Assembly: GCF_963921235.1 (NCBI RefSeq)
Contig: NC_086108.1
Span: 61,010,001 to 61,074,000, forward strand
Length of the DNA stretch: 64,000 bases
Direction: 5' to 3'
Source: Mobula hypostoma
Lineage: Eukaryota
A program made the position numbers and the translations under genes. Numbering within the stretch: the first letter of the stretch is position 1; every line of letters starts with the position of its first letter. Below, piece after piece: positions 11,650-24,224 of this stretch. The notes beneath the pieces were generated by a model. It made no database searches, was not told the DNA's origin, and saw nothing but the letters and a program-made list of their open reading frames with translations.

Positions 11650-13240
11650 AAAGAAAAACAAGCTGCTGGTGGAAGTCAGTGGGTTAGGCAGTATCTGTGG
11701 AGGAAAAGAGAAAATGAATGTTTTGGGCCAGAAGTCTGAAAGAGGACTGAGTGTCTAAGAGGAGATAGCCAGTATACAGAGGTGAGGGGGAGAAGGGAGG
11801 TGGATTTGGCAAGCGGGAGGAAGGATTAATGGAAGTTAGTGAAGGATAGAGCAAGGTGGGAAAGGGAGGGGTAGAGACAGTGACAGAGGTTGGAATGCAA
11901 TGGGTGGAGACGACAGTAGGCTGCACATTATGGAACCAGATAAGAAACAAAGGTGGTGAGTGGGATAAGGAAGGGATACTGGGCAACACAGAATGACAGG
12001 GAAGAGGAAGAGGCAGTGGACTGAATGCGTAGCTGGTATTCTGTTATCCGCAGTCCTCTGTTATTTTCATTTATCACCACCCAGCCTCAGTCACTTCCTT
12101 CACCTCGTCCTCCCCCAATTTCTGACTACATATGCCAATCAAACCCTGCTCACCTTAATCAACCTATCACTTCCCAGCTGCCTCACCCCTCCCCTCTCTT
12201 CCACACTGTCGGTCATGAACGTATCCTGGACAAGCTCCCGAATGTTGCAACTGTGATCAAAGTCAACAGAGAGACACTAAAGCTGGTATATTAAAGTCTT
12301 TATTCATCGCAAGAAGCAATTATTCTCATGGAGAATATTTGGCTCAAAAAAAAACAAAAGTACATCACATTTTTATACCTATGAGATCAAAGTTAGGAGT
12401 AGATGATTCAATACAATTTCAATAGTTACAATAATATTGTTTATTTCAATACTTTGGGTTGACAAATGGTTCTTTGAGGTACATATTTACATTGGAAGCA
12501 CATTATAATTGATAAGACACCTCTGAAAGTTCAAACGCCTTTGTTGGGAGAAAATAATTAGCATAGATATTCCAAAAGCTTTTGATGACAGAGAGCCAAA
12601 CACCCTAAGTTAATGTTGTCAGGGCTGTCTCTGAGTACAGAAATATCCTGAGTACACCTAAAAAACTACTGATTAACAAAATCCATGACCATGTTTGATA
12701 TGCTAAGTGACAACATCAGTCTAGTCTGCCAGCATGAATTCAAGTCACAATGGTGCAAGTAACTTAGCCCATGTCACCTGGTTTGTTGCAGGCCAATTAA
12801 CACAACCTCATTGTCTTAACATTTGGCTCATGCATATTCAAATGTGTCATGGTCACCATTTTGCAAACCGTATCTCTTAGTCTGTGGGCTTTAAACTTCA
12901 GTTTGCTGTCTGTCTGAAATTTACAATAAAAACTGAAGACTGGTTCTTGCTTGAAGTAATCTAGGCTATATTTCCATAACTCCAGAATGCTGCATAACAG
13001 TGATATTCCATTATGTACAGCCCTCTGTTATCTTCACTTATCACCTCCCAGCCTCCCCAATTTCTGACTACATCTGCCCAGCAAGACCTCCTCACCTCAA
13101 TCAACCTATCCCTTCCCAGTTGCCTCACCCCTCCCCGTCACCTCTTTGCATTGGCTATATCCTCTTTGCACTTTCACTCCTAATGCAGGGTCTCAACCTG
13201 AAAGGTTCACAATGCCTTTCACTCCATGGATTATCCTTGT
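11650..13240. mobile_element. Old PLE 3' fragments in both orientations, interrupted by an LTR-like insert (about 12208-12981)
   Basis: Pyrimidine-rich PLE 3' UTR copies (12025-12205, 12985-13230; minus 11650-11990) with degenerate hammerheads; the intervening segment starts with TGT. Confidence 0.5.
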
Positions 13241-14115
13241 ACCATAAACCTACCTGAACGTTTCAGGCTGAAGTTAATCCCAAACAAACCCATGCTCCCA
13301 GGAGACTTTCTTAACAAGGAAAGACAGAGAGGGTTGAGCTTAGCAGATTCCAATACATTCTTCAAGGGAAGATAATTTTCCAAGATGATAGAGGAGCTAG
13401 AAAATTTCAGTCTGTAAGTGGAACTGGACATATCTTTCTGACTGGGAATCTGCAAGAAATGAATGAGAACAACTGTTTGACATTGAAAGATGCATTACAA
13501 TACTCCGGTGGAGAGAAACTAGGCTATTTTAGCCTAGAAACTAGGCATTAGAATCAGAATGAATGATTAACCTAGATACACCAGCCTGACCTGGTACAGG
13601 ATATAATTATAGCATCCTAGCTCATGGTCCTTTCTTTCTCAATATTATAATTTTTAACATCAAGCCAGTGGCAACAGTGATATTCATCCAGTTAGTATGT
13701 ATCCATAGTATGGGTACAACTTCAGGAGTTCTTCATACCAATTGAACAAGCTAACTTCTCCCAATGTGAAGCTCTTAATATAAACTGGAAGTGTTTCTAG
13801 TGGCTAAGGAAAGCCGAACCAGCACAGTGCAGGGCACAGAAGATAGTGGGCATCCCTTTTTTTTTTCAGGAATAGCGGCAGAAGCCATAGTCAGTAATTT
13901 AGATCCTGAACACACCAGAACGACATTCAAGTTCTGCAGGAGATGTCTCTTGTAGTTGGTCAGTACCAGGAGTGGGTCTGGGACATAGATGTAGAGCTGA
14001 GAAAATTTAATGAACTCACACACCTCTTCAAGGACAACATCATGTCTTCAATTCTCTTCTCCTGAAGATGGTACCACTAGCATCATGCAATGTATTACCA
14101 TCACTCATCTGTGCG

Positions 14116-14410
14116 CCACAGTTCCCGAGAAGACACTGGATTGCGAAGAGGGAAGGAGAGTTTTAAAAAAGTGAGCATGGGCAGTTGGCACGTGTTGCAC
14201 ACCACAGTTTCCAAGGAGACATTGCATTGGGTTGAGAGAGAGACAGAGGGAGAGTTTAAAAGGAGTGAGCAGGGGGCAGTCAGCACATTTCAGCTCCGCA
14301 GTTCCTGAGCAGACATTGGATTGAATAGAGGGTGAGGGAGTTTAAAAGAAGTGAATGGGGGCAGTCAGCACAATTTGAGTGCCATAGTTCCCAAGGAGAC
14401 ATTGGATTGT
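14116..14410 (+). repeat. About 3.3 tandem 85-95 bp monomers upstream of CR1 ORF1
   Basis: Repeated CACAGTTCC...AGACATTGGATTG...GGGAGTTTAAAAG.AGTGA...GGGCAGTCAGCAC. Confidence 0.75.
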
Positions 14411-14419
14411 GAATAAGTA

Positions 14420-16275
14420 GGCATTTTGCAAGATCCAATAAAAAGTTAGGCTGTGGCCAGTATTAGAGTGGGGAGTTGAGGCTTTGGTGAGGAGAGGCGT
14501 AGGCCATAGGTAGTTTTTTTTTTTGTTACTTATTCTTTCTCTCTTTCTTATTATTCATTTAGATTAGTGGGAATGCCAGACAGGACAGTGGAATGTGGGA
14601 TGTGGGAAAGTAGGGAGCCCTCCAGTGCCCCTGATGAGTACACCTGCAAGAACTGCATCCAGTTGCATCTTCTAACAGATCTTTTGGGGCACTGTGGGGT
14701 TGAAAGAAGGACATACAGGAAGGTAGTTACACCCAAGCTGCAGGACACAGGTAACTGCCAAGAGGGCGACAGGGGATAGGCAGCCAGTGCTGAGTACCCC
14801 TGTGACCATTCCCCTCAATAACAGGTATACTGCTTTGGATACTGTTGGGGAGGATGACCTAGCAAAGGAAATCCATAGTAGTCAGGAGTCTGGCACTGAA
14901 TCTTGCTCAGAGGCTCAGATGAGAAGGTGGGGGGGGGGAGGGTGAAGAGGTGAGCAGTAGTGATTGGGGATTCGTTGGTTAGGGGATGAGGGCTGACGAG
15001 GTTCTACAAAATGAGTTCAGTAAGTTAGGTGCCAAGTTAAAGGACAGGAGCTCCAAGGTTATAATCGCAAGATTGCTGTGCCATGAAATGGAGAACTCAT
15101 ACTGTTTAACACCTGGCTAAGGAGATGGTGTAGGAAGGAGGGATTCAGATTTTTGGATCACTGGGCTCCTTTCCAGAGAAGGTGAGACCAGTACAGAAGG
15201 GGTGGTTTGCACCTGAACTGGAGTGATCTAATATCCTAGCAGAAAGGTTGGCAAGGGCTTCATGGGGTGTTTAAACTAGAGTTGACGGGGAATGGGAACT
15301 AGAGTGCTAGAACAGATAGTGGAAAGGTTATAGAAAGGATGTTAATAAGCCTACATACAAATCAAGAATTGAAAAGGTAAACATGCCTGAATTGCATGTT
15401 TTCAATGCAGGGAGTATTGTAGGAAAGGCAGATGAGCATTGGGCATGGATCAACATGTGGAATTATGACATTGTGGCCATTAGTGAGACTTGGGCAGGAG
15501 AAGCAGTTCAATATTCTGGGGTCTGTTCTTTTTACATGACAAAATGAGAGGAATTAAAGGGTGGCATTACTCGTCAGGGAAAATGTCATGGCAGTGCAGA
15601 GACAGGTCAGACTGGAGATCATGTCTAGTGAGGCTTCGTGGGTAGAATTGAGGAATAAGAATGTTAATAGGATTATTTTATAGACCATCCAATAGTCAGC
15701 ATGATTTAGAGGAGCAAACTTGTAAAGAGATTGCATGTTGCAAGAAGCACAAGTTTGTGATAGTAGATGATTTTAACTTCCACATATTGACAAGGACTCT
15801 CATACTGTAAAAGGCTGGATGGGAAAGGATTTGTCAGATGTGTTCAGGAAAGTTTCCTTAGTCAGTAAATAGAATTCCCAATTAGAGAAATTACAAAACT
15901 CAATCTCCTGTTAGGGACTATGTGTGCATACTGTATGTATATGTCATATGTGCGTGGCTCACTGAAGTAAAACTAAGTAGACACGTTATAACTGGGCAGG
16001 TAACAGAAGTTTGTGTAGGGTAACACTTTATGTCTTGTGATCATAATGCCATTAGTTTCAAGTAATTATGGAAACCAATAGGTCAGGTACTTGGATTGAG
16101 ATTCTAAGTTGGAAAAACGTTAGTTTTGGTGGTATCAGAAATGATCTACAAGTGTGCACTGGGACTGGCAAAGATATACTTAGTAAGTAGGAGGCATTCA
16201 AAAGCAAAATTTTGAGAGCACAGAGTTTGTATGTTCATGTAAGAATAAAAAACAAGAATAACAGGTTTAGGGAAT
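14420..16275 (+). mobile_element. CR1 LINE 5' part (ORF1 Zn finger/esterase remnant, ORF2 endonuclease), degenerate
   Basis: VECGMWE...PDEYTCKNCIQLHLL ORF1 motif, DGLHLN-like esterase motif and NAGSIVGK..YDIVAISET endonuclease motifs. Confidence 0.8.
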
Positions 16276-16795
16276 TACAGAGGGGATCAAATGTGCATAT
16301 TTGAAAAGATTAAGGACAGAACTGGATCTCATTCTTACACAGAGGAGATTAATGTCATCTGGAGGTGACACATCAATCAGTTGAGGATGTCAGGGTCAAC
16401 TGTTAGAGAAGAAACTGTCCAGAGCTGTGAGAACCACTTCTTGCTGTCCCAGAGTCAACTCCTACAACCACCATAGAGGAGGCCCCAGAAGCTGAGATTG
16501 TTTCACAGCCACAAATTTCACCTGCCAAACAGAGGGCCCCACCACCCCACCTTGTCAGGAAAGACAGTATCCCATAAGAGTAAGAAATCCTTCGCAACAA
16601 TTACATATTTAGGACTCAGTGGGACAATATAAAATTTACTATACTCTGGGTGTATATATAGTACTGTGGTTGTATTATGTAGTATACTGTGTGTGTACGT
16701 ATATAACATATGTACATGCCTCACTGAAGAAAAACAAAGTAGACATGTTATTCCCTGGCTGCTATGTTTTTCTTTCGACTGGTATCTGAGTAACA
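16275..16795 (+). mobile_element. Gypsy LTR retrotransposon 3' fragment
   Basis: Pro/Glu/Thr-rich integrase tail ending in a YPIRVRNP-like motif; homologous to 22400-22840 on the minus strand. Confidence 0.6.
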
Positions 16796-16797
16796 AA

Positions 16798-17090
16798 TCA
16801 TAAGACCTAAGACCAAAAGATATAAGTGCAGAATTAGGCTATTTGGCCTCATGGAGTCCACTTCTCCATTTCACCAGGGTTGATCTATTTTCCTTCTTAG
16901 CCCCAATCTCCTGCCTTCTTCCCGTATTGTTTCATGTCCTGACTAATCAAAAATTTATCAACATCTGCCTTAGATGTACCCAGTGGCTTGGCCTCCGCAA
17001 CCACTGGTGGCAATGAATTCCACAGATTCACCACTCTTTGGCTAAAGAAATTCCTCCTCATTTCTATTCAAAAAGGACACAAATTTTGGT
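16798..17090 (-). mobile_element. CR1 3' end
   Basis: CATAAGAC-type tail repeats and C-terminal RT coding remnant. Confidence 0.8.
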
Positions 17091-17294
17091 GACTGCTTTA
17101 AAAAATGCTCTCTCCATTCACACCACAAGAGTGACTTTGAGTAACAGGCCTCCTGTCACTTTAATGCACTGCACCATTTTGGTTATGACCTCTGTGCCTT
17201 AGTCCTTCCACATCGTACCACTGATGCCTAATGTAAGCCTGAGGAACACCTCATCTTCAGTGTTGCCACACTGTAGGCTCAGGACTGAATAAGA

Positions 17295-19830
17295 TTATAA
17301 GACATAGGAACAGAACTAGGCCTTTTGGTTCATCGAGTCTACTCTACCAGTCAATCATGGTTCATCATTTTTCCCCTCAGAGCCCCACTCCCTGGCCTTC
17401 TTCCCATAACCTCTGATGGCATATCCAATCAAGGACCTATCAAGCTCTGCCTTAAATACACCTAACAACCTGGCCTCCACAGCTGCCTGTGGTAACCACA
17501 TCCACAAATTCACCACCCTCTGGCTAAAGAAACTTCTCTGCATCTCTGTTATAAATGGACACCCCTCTATCCTGAGGCCGAGCCCTTTTGTCCTACACTC
17601 TATCACCATGGGAAACATCCTTTCCACATCTACTCTGTCTAGGCCTTTCAGCATTCTGAAGGTTTCAATGAGAACCCCCTCATCCTTCTGAATTCCAGTG
17701 AGTACAGACCCAGAGCCATCAAATGTTCCTCATGTGATAACCCTTTCATTCACAGAATCATTCTTGTGAACCTCCTCTGAACCCTCTACAATGCCAGCAC
17801 ATCTTTTCCTAGATGAGGAGCACCAAACTGTTCACAACACTCAAGGTGAGGTCTCACCAATGCCTTATAAAGCCTCATCATTGCATCCCTGTTCTTGCAT
17901 TCTAGATTTCTTGAAATGAATGTTAACATGCCACTTGCCTTCCTCACCACCGACTCAACCTGCAAGTTAACTTTCAGGGTGTCCTGCACAAGGACTCCTA
18001 GGTCCCTCTGCATCTTAGATTCCTGGATTTTCTCCCAGTTTAGAAAGTAGTCTGCACATGTATTTCTACTACCAAAGTTCATGACCATGCATTTTCCAAC
18101 TTTGTATTTAATGTTCCACTTTCTTGCCCATTCTCCTAATCTCTCTAAGTAACTCTGCAGCCTAACCGTTTCCTCAACACTACCTACCCCTCCACCAATC
18201 TTTGTATTATCTGCAAAATTGGCAATAAAGCCATCTATTCCATCATCTAGATCATTGATATATAGCATTAAAAGCAGTCCCAACCCCACCCCTGCAGAAA
18301 AGCACTATTCACTGGCAGCCAACCAGAAAAGGATCCTTTTATTCCTACTCATTGTCTCCTACCGATCAGCCAATACTCTAACCATGCCAGTAACTTTTCT
18401 GTAATACCATGGGCTCTTAAATTGGTAAGCAGCCTTATGTGTGGAACCTTGTCAAAAGTCCAAATATACAACATCCTCTGCATTCCCTTTATCTATCCTA
18501 CTTGTAATCTCCACAAAGAGTTCCAACAGGTTTATCAAGCAAGATTTTCCCTTAAGAAAACCATGCTGACATTGTTCTATCTTGTCCTGAATCACCAAGT
18601 ACTCCATAATCTAACCCTTAACAATTGACTCCGACATCTTCCAAACCAATGAGGATCAGGCTAACCTGTCTGTAACTTCCTTTCTGCTGCCTTCCTTCTT
18701 TCTTACAGAGTGGAGTGACAGTTGCAATTTTCCAGTCCTCTGGCATCAGGCCAGAGTCCAAAGATTTTTGAAAGATCGTTACTAATTCCTCCACAATCTC
18801 TACCACTATCTCTTTCCGAACCCTATGGTGCGATTCATCTTGTCCGGGTGACTTATGTACCCGGACAAGATGAACTTTCAGCTTTTTGTGCACCTTGTCC
18901 CTTGTAATACTAACTGCGCTCACTTCTCTTCACTCAAACCTTTCAACACCTTTCACACTGCTAGTGTCTTCCACAGTGAAGACTGATACAAAATACTCAT
19001 TTAGTTCATCTGCCATCTCCTTGTCCCCCTTTATTATTTCTTTGGCCTCATTTTCTAGCAGTCCTATAGCAACTCTCACGTCTCTTTTATTTTTTACATA
19101 TTTGAAAATGCTTTTACTATCCACTTTGATATTGTTTGCTAGCTTGCTTTCATATTTCATCTTCTCCCTCCTAATGATTATTTTAGTTGCTCTTTGTAGG
19201 TGTTTAAAAGCTTCCCTATCCTTTGTCTTCTTGCTAATTTTTGCTTTGATTAATGCCCTCTCTTTTGCTTTTACATTAGTCTTGACTTCCCTTGTCAGCC
19301 ATGGTTGTGCTATTTTGCCATTTGAGTATTTCTTTGTTTTTGGAATATATCTATCCTGCACCTTTCTCATTTTTCCCAGCAATTCAAGCCATTGCTACTC
19401 TGGTGTCATCCCTGCTAGCATCTCCTTCCAATTTACTTTGGCCAACTCTTCTCTCATACCACTGTAATTTCCTTTACTGCACTGCAGTATTGCTATGTCA
19501 GACTTAACTTTCTTCCTATCAAATTTCAAGTTAAACTCAATCATATTGTAATCAGTGCCTCCTAAGGGTTCTTTTACCTTAAGCTCACTGTTCACTTCCA
19601 GTTTATTACATAACACCAAATCCAGTATAGCTGATCCCCTAGTAGGCTCAATGAGAAACTGCTCTAAAAAGCCATCACATAGGCATTCAATAAACTTACT
19701 CTTTTGAGATACATTACCAACCTGATTTTCCCAATCGAGCCTGCATGTTAAAATCTCCCATGACTATCATAACATTGCCCTTTTGACATGCCTTTTCTAT
19801 TTTCTGTTTTAATCTGTGGTCCTTATCCCA
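17295..19830 (-). mobile_element. CR1 LINE ORF2, degenerate
   Basis: ORFs with LYINDLDDGIDGFIANFADNTK, LYKALVRPHLEC, PEDWKIATVTPL, PWLTREVK. Confidence 0.92.
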
Positions 19831-20654
19831 AAGTGATATTGTAGGTCACTCCCATTTCCCCCTCTATACACAGGTGTGGTGCAGCTTTCTGTTTTATTTA
19901 ATATGTTTCCCCTCTTCTGTCTCTACCTATCAGTTTGTTAAACTTGCTGTTACGTGGATTACTTTGGTCTTCACCCTAAACAGACTGTTCCTTTCTTCTA
20001 TCCAATTTTCCAATTCTGTGCAGCCTAAAAACACGCCTGTTTTCTCTCTTTTCCGAGTTCTGATGATTTTATTTCTCTGTTGGTGCTGCTCAAACTGCTG
20101 AGTGATTCCAATTCTGTCTTCCTTTGTTTTACATTTCCCATATCTGTAATTTCCTGCTCCAAGTGCAGAAATTAAACCAACTGGTTTATCATTACTTGAT
20201 TTATCTCTTCTCCCATTTAAAAAAACCTGGAGTTACGGTCGATTGGAGAATTCCTTAATGCTGCATTACTTTGGCATGCACTGACTTTTTTTTTCTGTTT
20301 CCCATTTAGCTCACCCCAACATTTGCTGCACCCTTCTCAGCATCCTGTTGTATTAATCACTCTGTGTTTCACCTGGGCTTCCTTTTTCTTACCCTCCATG
20401 TATTTTATCATCTGGGGGCCCTAGATCCGGCTCTTTTACCTTTATTGTTTCTGAAAGTATATCTAATTAAACTTGAATCTCTTTAAATGTGTCATTGCTC
20501 AGATTGATTTATCTTCATATCAACTTTTATGAATTCCAGTAAAATTGGTCATTCCCCAATGGAGAATCTAAACTCCTGGATTGTTTGTCCTTTCGTATAA
20601 CTGTGTGAAATCTCCCTGAATCACATTCTCTACCTCATAATGCTCATCTACTAC

Positions 20655-20785
20655 ATAAACACAAGAGCTTCTGCAGATGCTGGAAATCCTGATGAAGGAT
20701 CTTGGCCCAAAAGATTTACTGTTTATTCCTGTCCATATACGCTGCCTAATTTGCTGATTTCCTCCAGATTCCTGTACCCACTTTG
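20655..20785. mobile_element. About 130-bp mini-PLE (inverted tail + hammerhead remnant + 3' end)
   Basis: CTGCAGATGCTGGAAATC (reverse complement of the PLE tail) runs directly into CTGATGAAGGATCTTGGCCCAAAA and GCTGCCTAATTTGCTGATTTCCTCCAG. Confidence 0.6.
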
Positions 20786-21344
20786 GACAATGCACTTATT
20801 GGATTAACAGAGTCCATTTTTGTCAGGTCGGTACCAGATCAGTGTCTAATGATAATTGTCTACATGGCAAGAATCTGGCAATCTTGAGTGATAACATAGT
20901 GTTTTACAATGTATTGTGTAGCTTGAGCCAGACCATAATATGTGCCTTCAATTCAAACCAAAAAGCCAATAACTCAATATGTTGCATTCAAGAAAATGGT
21001 ACCAAGTATACAAGAATTTCCTTTTCTATTGTGTTTGTTTGTATTTGCTTTGAATACCCACAAGATATATGGTATTATATGGTGACATATATGTGCATTG
21101 ATAATAAATTTACCTTGAACTTCCTTAATTCAATGTAAAGAGACAAATGCAGGAGCCATCAAGAACCTGTTAAATGACAGATCTGGTCTGAATAAAGTTT
21201 TCAAAACTATAGACAAAATGATGGAAATTCCAGACTTCATATGTGAATGACAACACTTGCAACCCCTCAGAAGGATTTATGTACAAATACCAAATTTAGG
21301 AACACAAAAAAATTCAGGGTCTAATAACGCTGACTTTATTTGGG

Positions 21345-21585
21345 ACCCCTTCTCTAGCCCTGTATCTCTTTCACTGATAAACTTCCCAAATATTTACTTC
21401 AACCTTCTCCCTCCCAGTTTCACCTATCACCTTGTGTTTTCCCTCCTCTGCCCCACCTTCTAACTGACTCCTCATCTCTCTTTTCTCCGGTCCTGATGAA
21501 GGGTATCGGCCTGAAATATCGACTGCACTTTTTCCCATAGATGCTGCCTGGCCTGCTGAGTTCCTCCAGCATTTTGTGTGCGTCT
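21345..21585 (+). mobile_element. PLE 3' fragment with hammerhead-like core
   Basis: GGTCCTGATGAAGGGTATCGGCCTGAAATATCGACT at about 21489-21524, followed by GATGCTGCCTGGCCTGCTGAGTTCCTCCAGC. Confidence 0.75.
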
Positions 21586-22154
21586 CAAATGCAGATACAT
21601 ATATGGAGAGCCAAAAGCCTAAATGTCATCACATTCAAAGCACTATTTTCAACCAAAATGATAATTCATGCATGAACATAAGTGGACAAAAACTTTCTTG
21701 CAATGCAGGGGTTTATAAATTCTGAGGTGCCAGAACAAGTAAGATGTGATAGAGCAATGTTCAGACCTTGTGAATAGTGGAATTAATAATATGAGACTTG
21801 TAAAATACAGTTACACAATGGAACAATATTTTTTGGAAGAAAGTTCAGCACTAAAGGCAAAAAGAAATTAATAAAATTTATTTTGTAATTTCCAAATCCT
21901 TTAAACTTTTGGGTGCATTTTTAATTAAACGATTCCTTTTGAACATTGTCTGTATTGTTGCTTATACATTATAATGTGGAATTTAATTAGTGCATGGCAA
22001 AATTCTGCAAAGTATTAAGGAATAATTTATTAATTCAATTACTTTTTTGTTGGTGTTAGCAGTAGAGGAAGATTGGCTAAAATTCTGGGGCAACTCTGCT
22101 CTTTTTAAACTAGTGTTAGGGGATTTTATTTACATCTATTTGAGTAATGTCACA

Positions 22155-22840
22155 TTTTATGTTTTGTAACTCCAAAACATAAAAACTAATTGAAAGAAAA
22201 AGATGGGAGCCCAGGAGAATAGGTCTTAATATTGTTTTTACTTTAAATGAGACATGCACATATGACATGGTGAATTGATGACATATGCCATTTACATACT
22301 TTTACATACAACCTGGAATGAATTACTTAAACAAAGTAAGAATGTTTAATCAAACAATATATTTGCAATACCACTCAAATATTTCTGAAATACTAACTAC
22401 ACAACACACCTCCATGGCAGCTTTAAACTCCAACTTAAAAGAGAATTCATCTCAACTATATACATATATACTATCCTATATAATGCAACTATTACACAGA
22501 AATCCACAGCACAGTAAATTTTAAACTGTCCCATTGAGGTCCAAAGATTTAATTGCAGTGCAGAATTTCTTACTCTTGTGGGATAACATCTTTCTTGACA
22601 GGGGGTGGAGGTCACTTTGCTTGGCAGCCGAGACTTGTGGCCGTGAAACAATCTCAGGTTCTGGGGCCTCCTCTGTGGTGGTTGTAGGAGTTGACTCTGG
22701 GACTGCAAGAAGTGGTTCTGATGGCTGTGGAGTTGATTCTGGACACATTTCTTCTGGACGTGATGGTATCCCAAACAATGCATAGCAAGCTTCTCTGGGC
22801 ATTATAGATCATAATTTGTCTGACATCACAACTTCCTTTA
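22155..22840 (-). mobile_element. Gypsy 3' fragment with 3' LTR (about 22155-22407)
   Basis: PEEMCPESTPQP...CQERCYPTRVRN integrase tail, then an LTR homologous to the solo LTR at 28890-29134. Confidence 0.7.
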
Positions 22841-24184
22841 CAATAAGACCATAAGATATCGGAGCAGAATTAGGCCACTTGGCCCATTGAGTTTGCTCCA
22901 CCATTTCATCATGGCTGATCCAATTTTCCTCTCAGCCCTAATCTCCTGCCTTCCCCCTATATCACTTCATGTTCTGACCAATAAATAATCTATCAACCTC
23001 TGTCTTATATGTACATAAAGATTTGGCCTCCACAGCTGCTTGTAGCAATGAACTCCACAGATTCACTACTCTCTGGCTATAGAAATTCCTCCTCATCTCC
23101 ATCTAAAAGGACTCCCCTCTATTTTGAGGGTGTGTCTTCTGGCCTTAGACACTCCCACCACAGAAAACGTCCTCTCCACATCCATTCAATCAAGGCCTTC
23201 CACCTTTCGATAGGTCTCCCCGAGGTCATCACTCATTCTTCTGAATTCCAGTGAATGCAGGCCCAAAGGCATCAAATGGTCTTCATATAACAAGCATTTA
23301 ATCCTGGAATCATTTTTGTTTCCAGTTTCAGCACAGCCTTTCTAAGATAAGAGGCCCAAACCTGCTCACAATACTCCAAGTGAGGCCTCACCAGTTCTTT
23401 ATAAAGTCTCAACATTACGTCTTTGCTTTAATATTCCAGTCCTCTTGAAATGAGTGTTAACGTTGCATTTGCCTTCCTCACCACAGACTCAATCTGCAAA
23501 TTAACCTTTAAGAAATCCTGCACAAGGACTCCCAAATCCCTTTGTACCTCAGATTTTTGTGTTTTCTCTCCATTTTGAAACTAGTCAACCCTTTCATATC
23601 TTGTAGCGAAGTGCATGACCATACACTTCCCGATGCTGTAATCCATCTGCCACTTCTTTGCCCACTCTCCTAATCTGTCTAGGTCCTTCTGTGGCCTCTC
23701 TATTTCTCAAAACCACCTGCCCTATCTTGTATTGTCTTTAAACTTTGCAACAAGACCATCAATTCCATCATCTAAATCATTGACATATAACATACAAAGA
23801 ATTAGTCCCGACCCAGAACCCTGTGGAATACCACCAGTCTCCAGCAGCCAACTAAAATGGTTCCCTTTATTCCTACTCTTTGCCTCCTGCCAATCCACCA
23901 CTGCTTTATCCATGCTGGAATCTTTCCTGTAATACCACGGATTTGAAGCTTGTTAAGCAGCCTTATGTGTGGTATCTTTTCAAAGGCCTTCAGAAAATTC
24001 AAGTACACAACATCAACTGAATCTCCTTTGTCTATTCTGCTAGTTATTTCCTCAAAGAATTCCAACAGATTTGTCAGACAAGATTTTCCCTTGAAGAAAA
24101 CTTGCTGACTAGGGCCTATATTATCAGCAACACTCACAACATGCTGGAGGAACTCAGCAGGTCGGGCAGCATCCGTGGAAATGA

Positions 24185-24224
24185 TCAGTCAACGTTTCAG
24201 GTCAGAACCCTTCATCAGGACTGA
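24185..24224 (-). ncRNA. Minimal type I hammerhead ribozyme (PLE)
   Basis: TCAGTC-CTGATGA-AGG gttctga CCT-GAAA-CGTT-GACTGA; 6-bp stem I, palindromic ACGT stem III, GUU cleavage triplet. Confidence 0.75.

Noticed and set aside
13760..14030. 82-aa minus-strand ORF, possible nested gene
   Set aside because: No motif or splice support; probably a decayed repeat I cannot classify.
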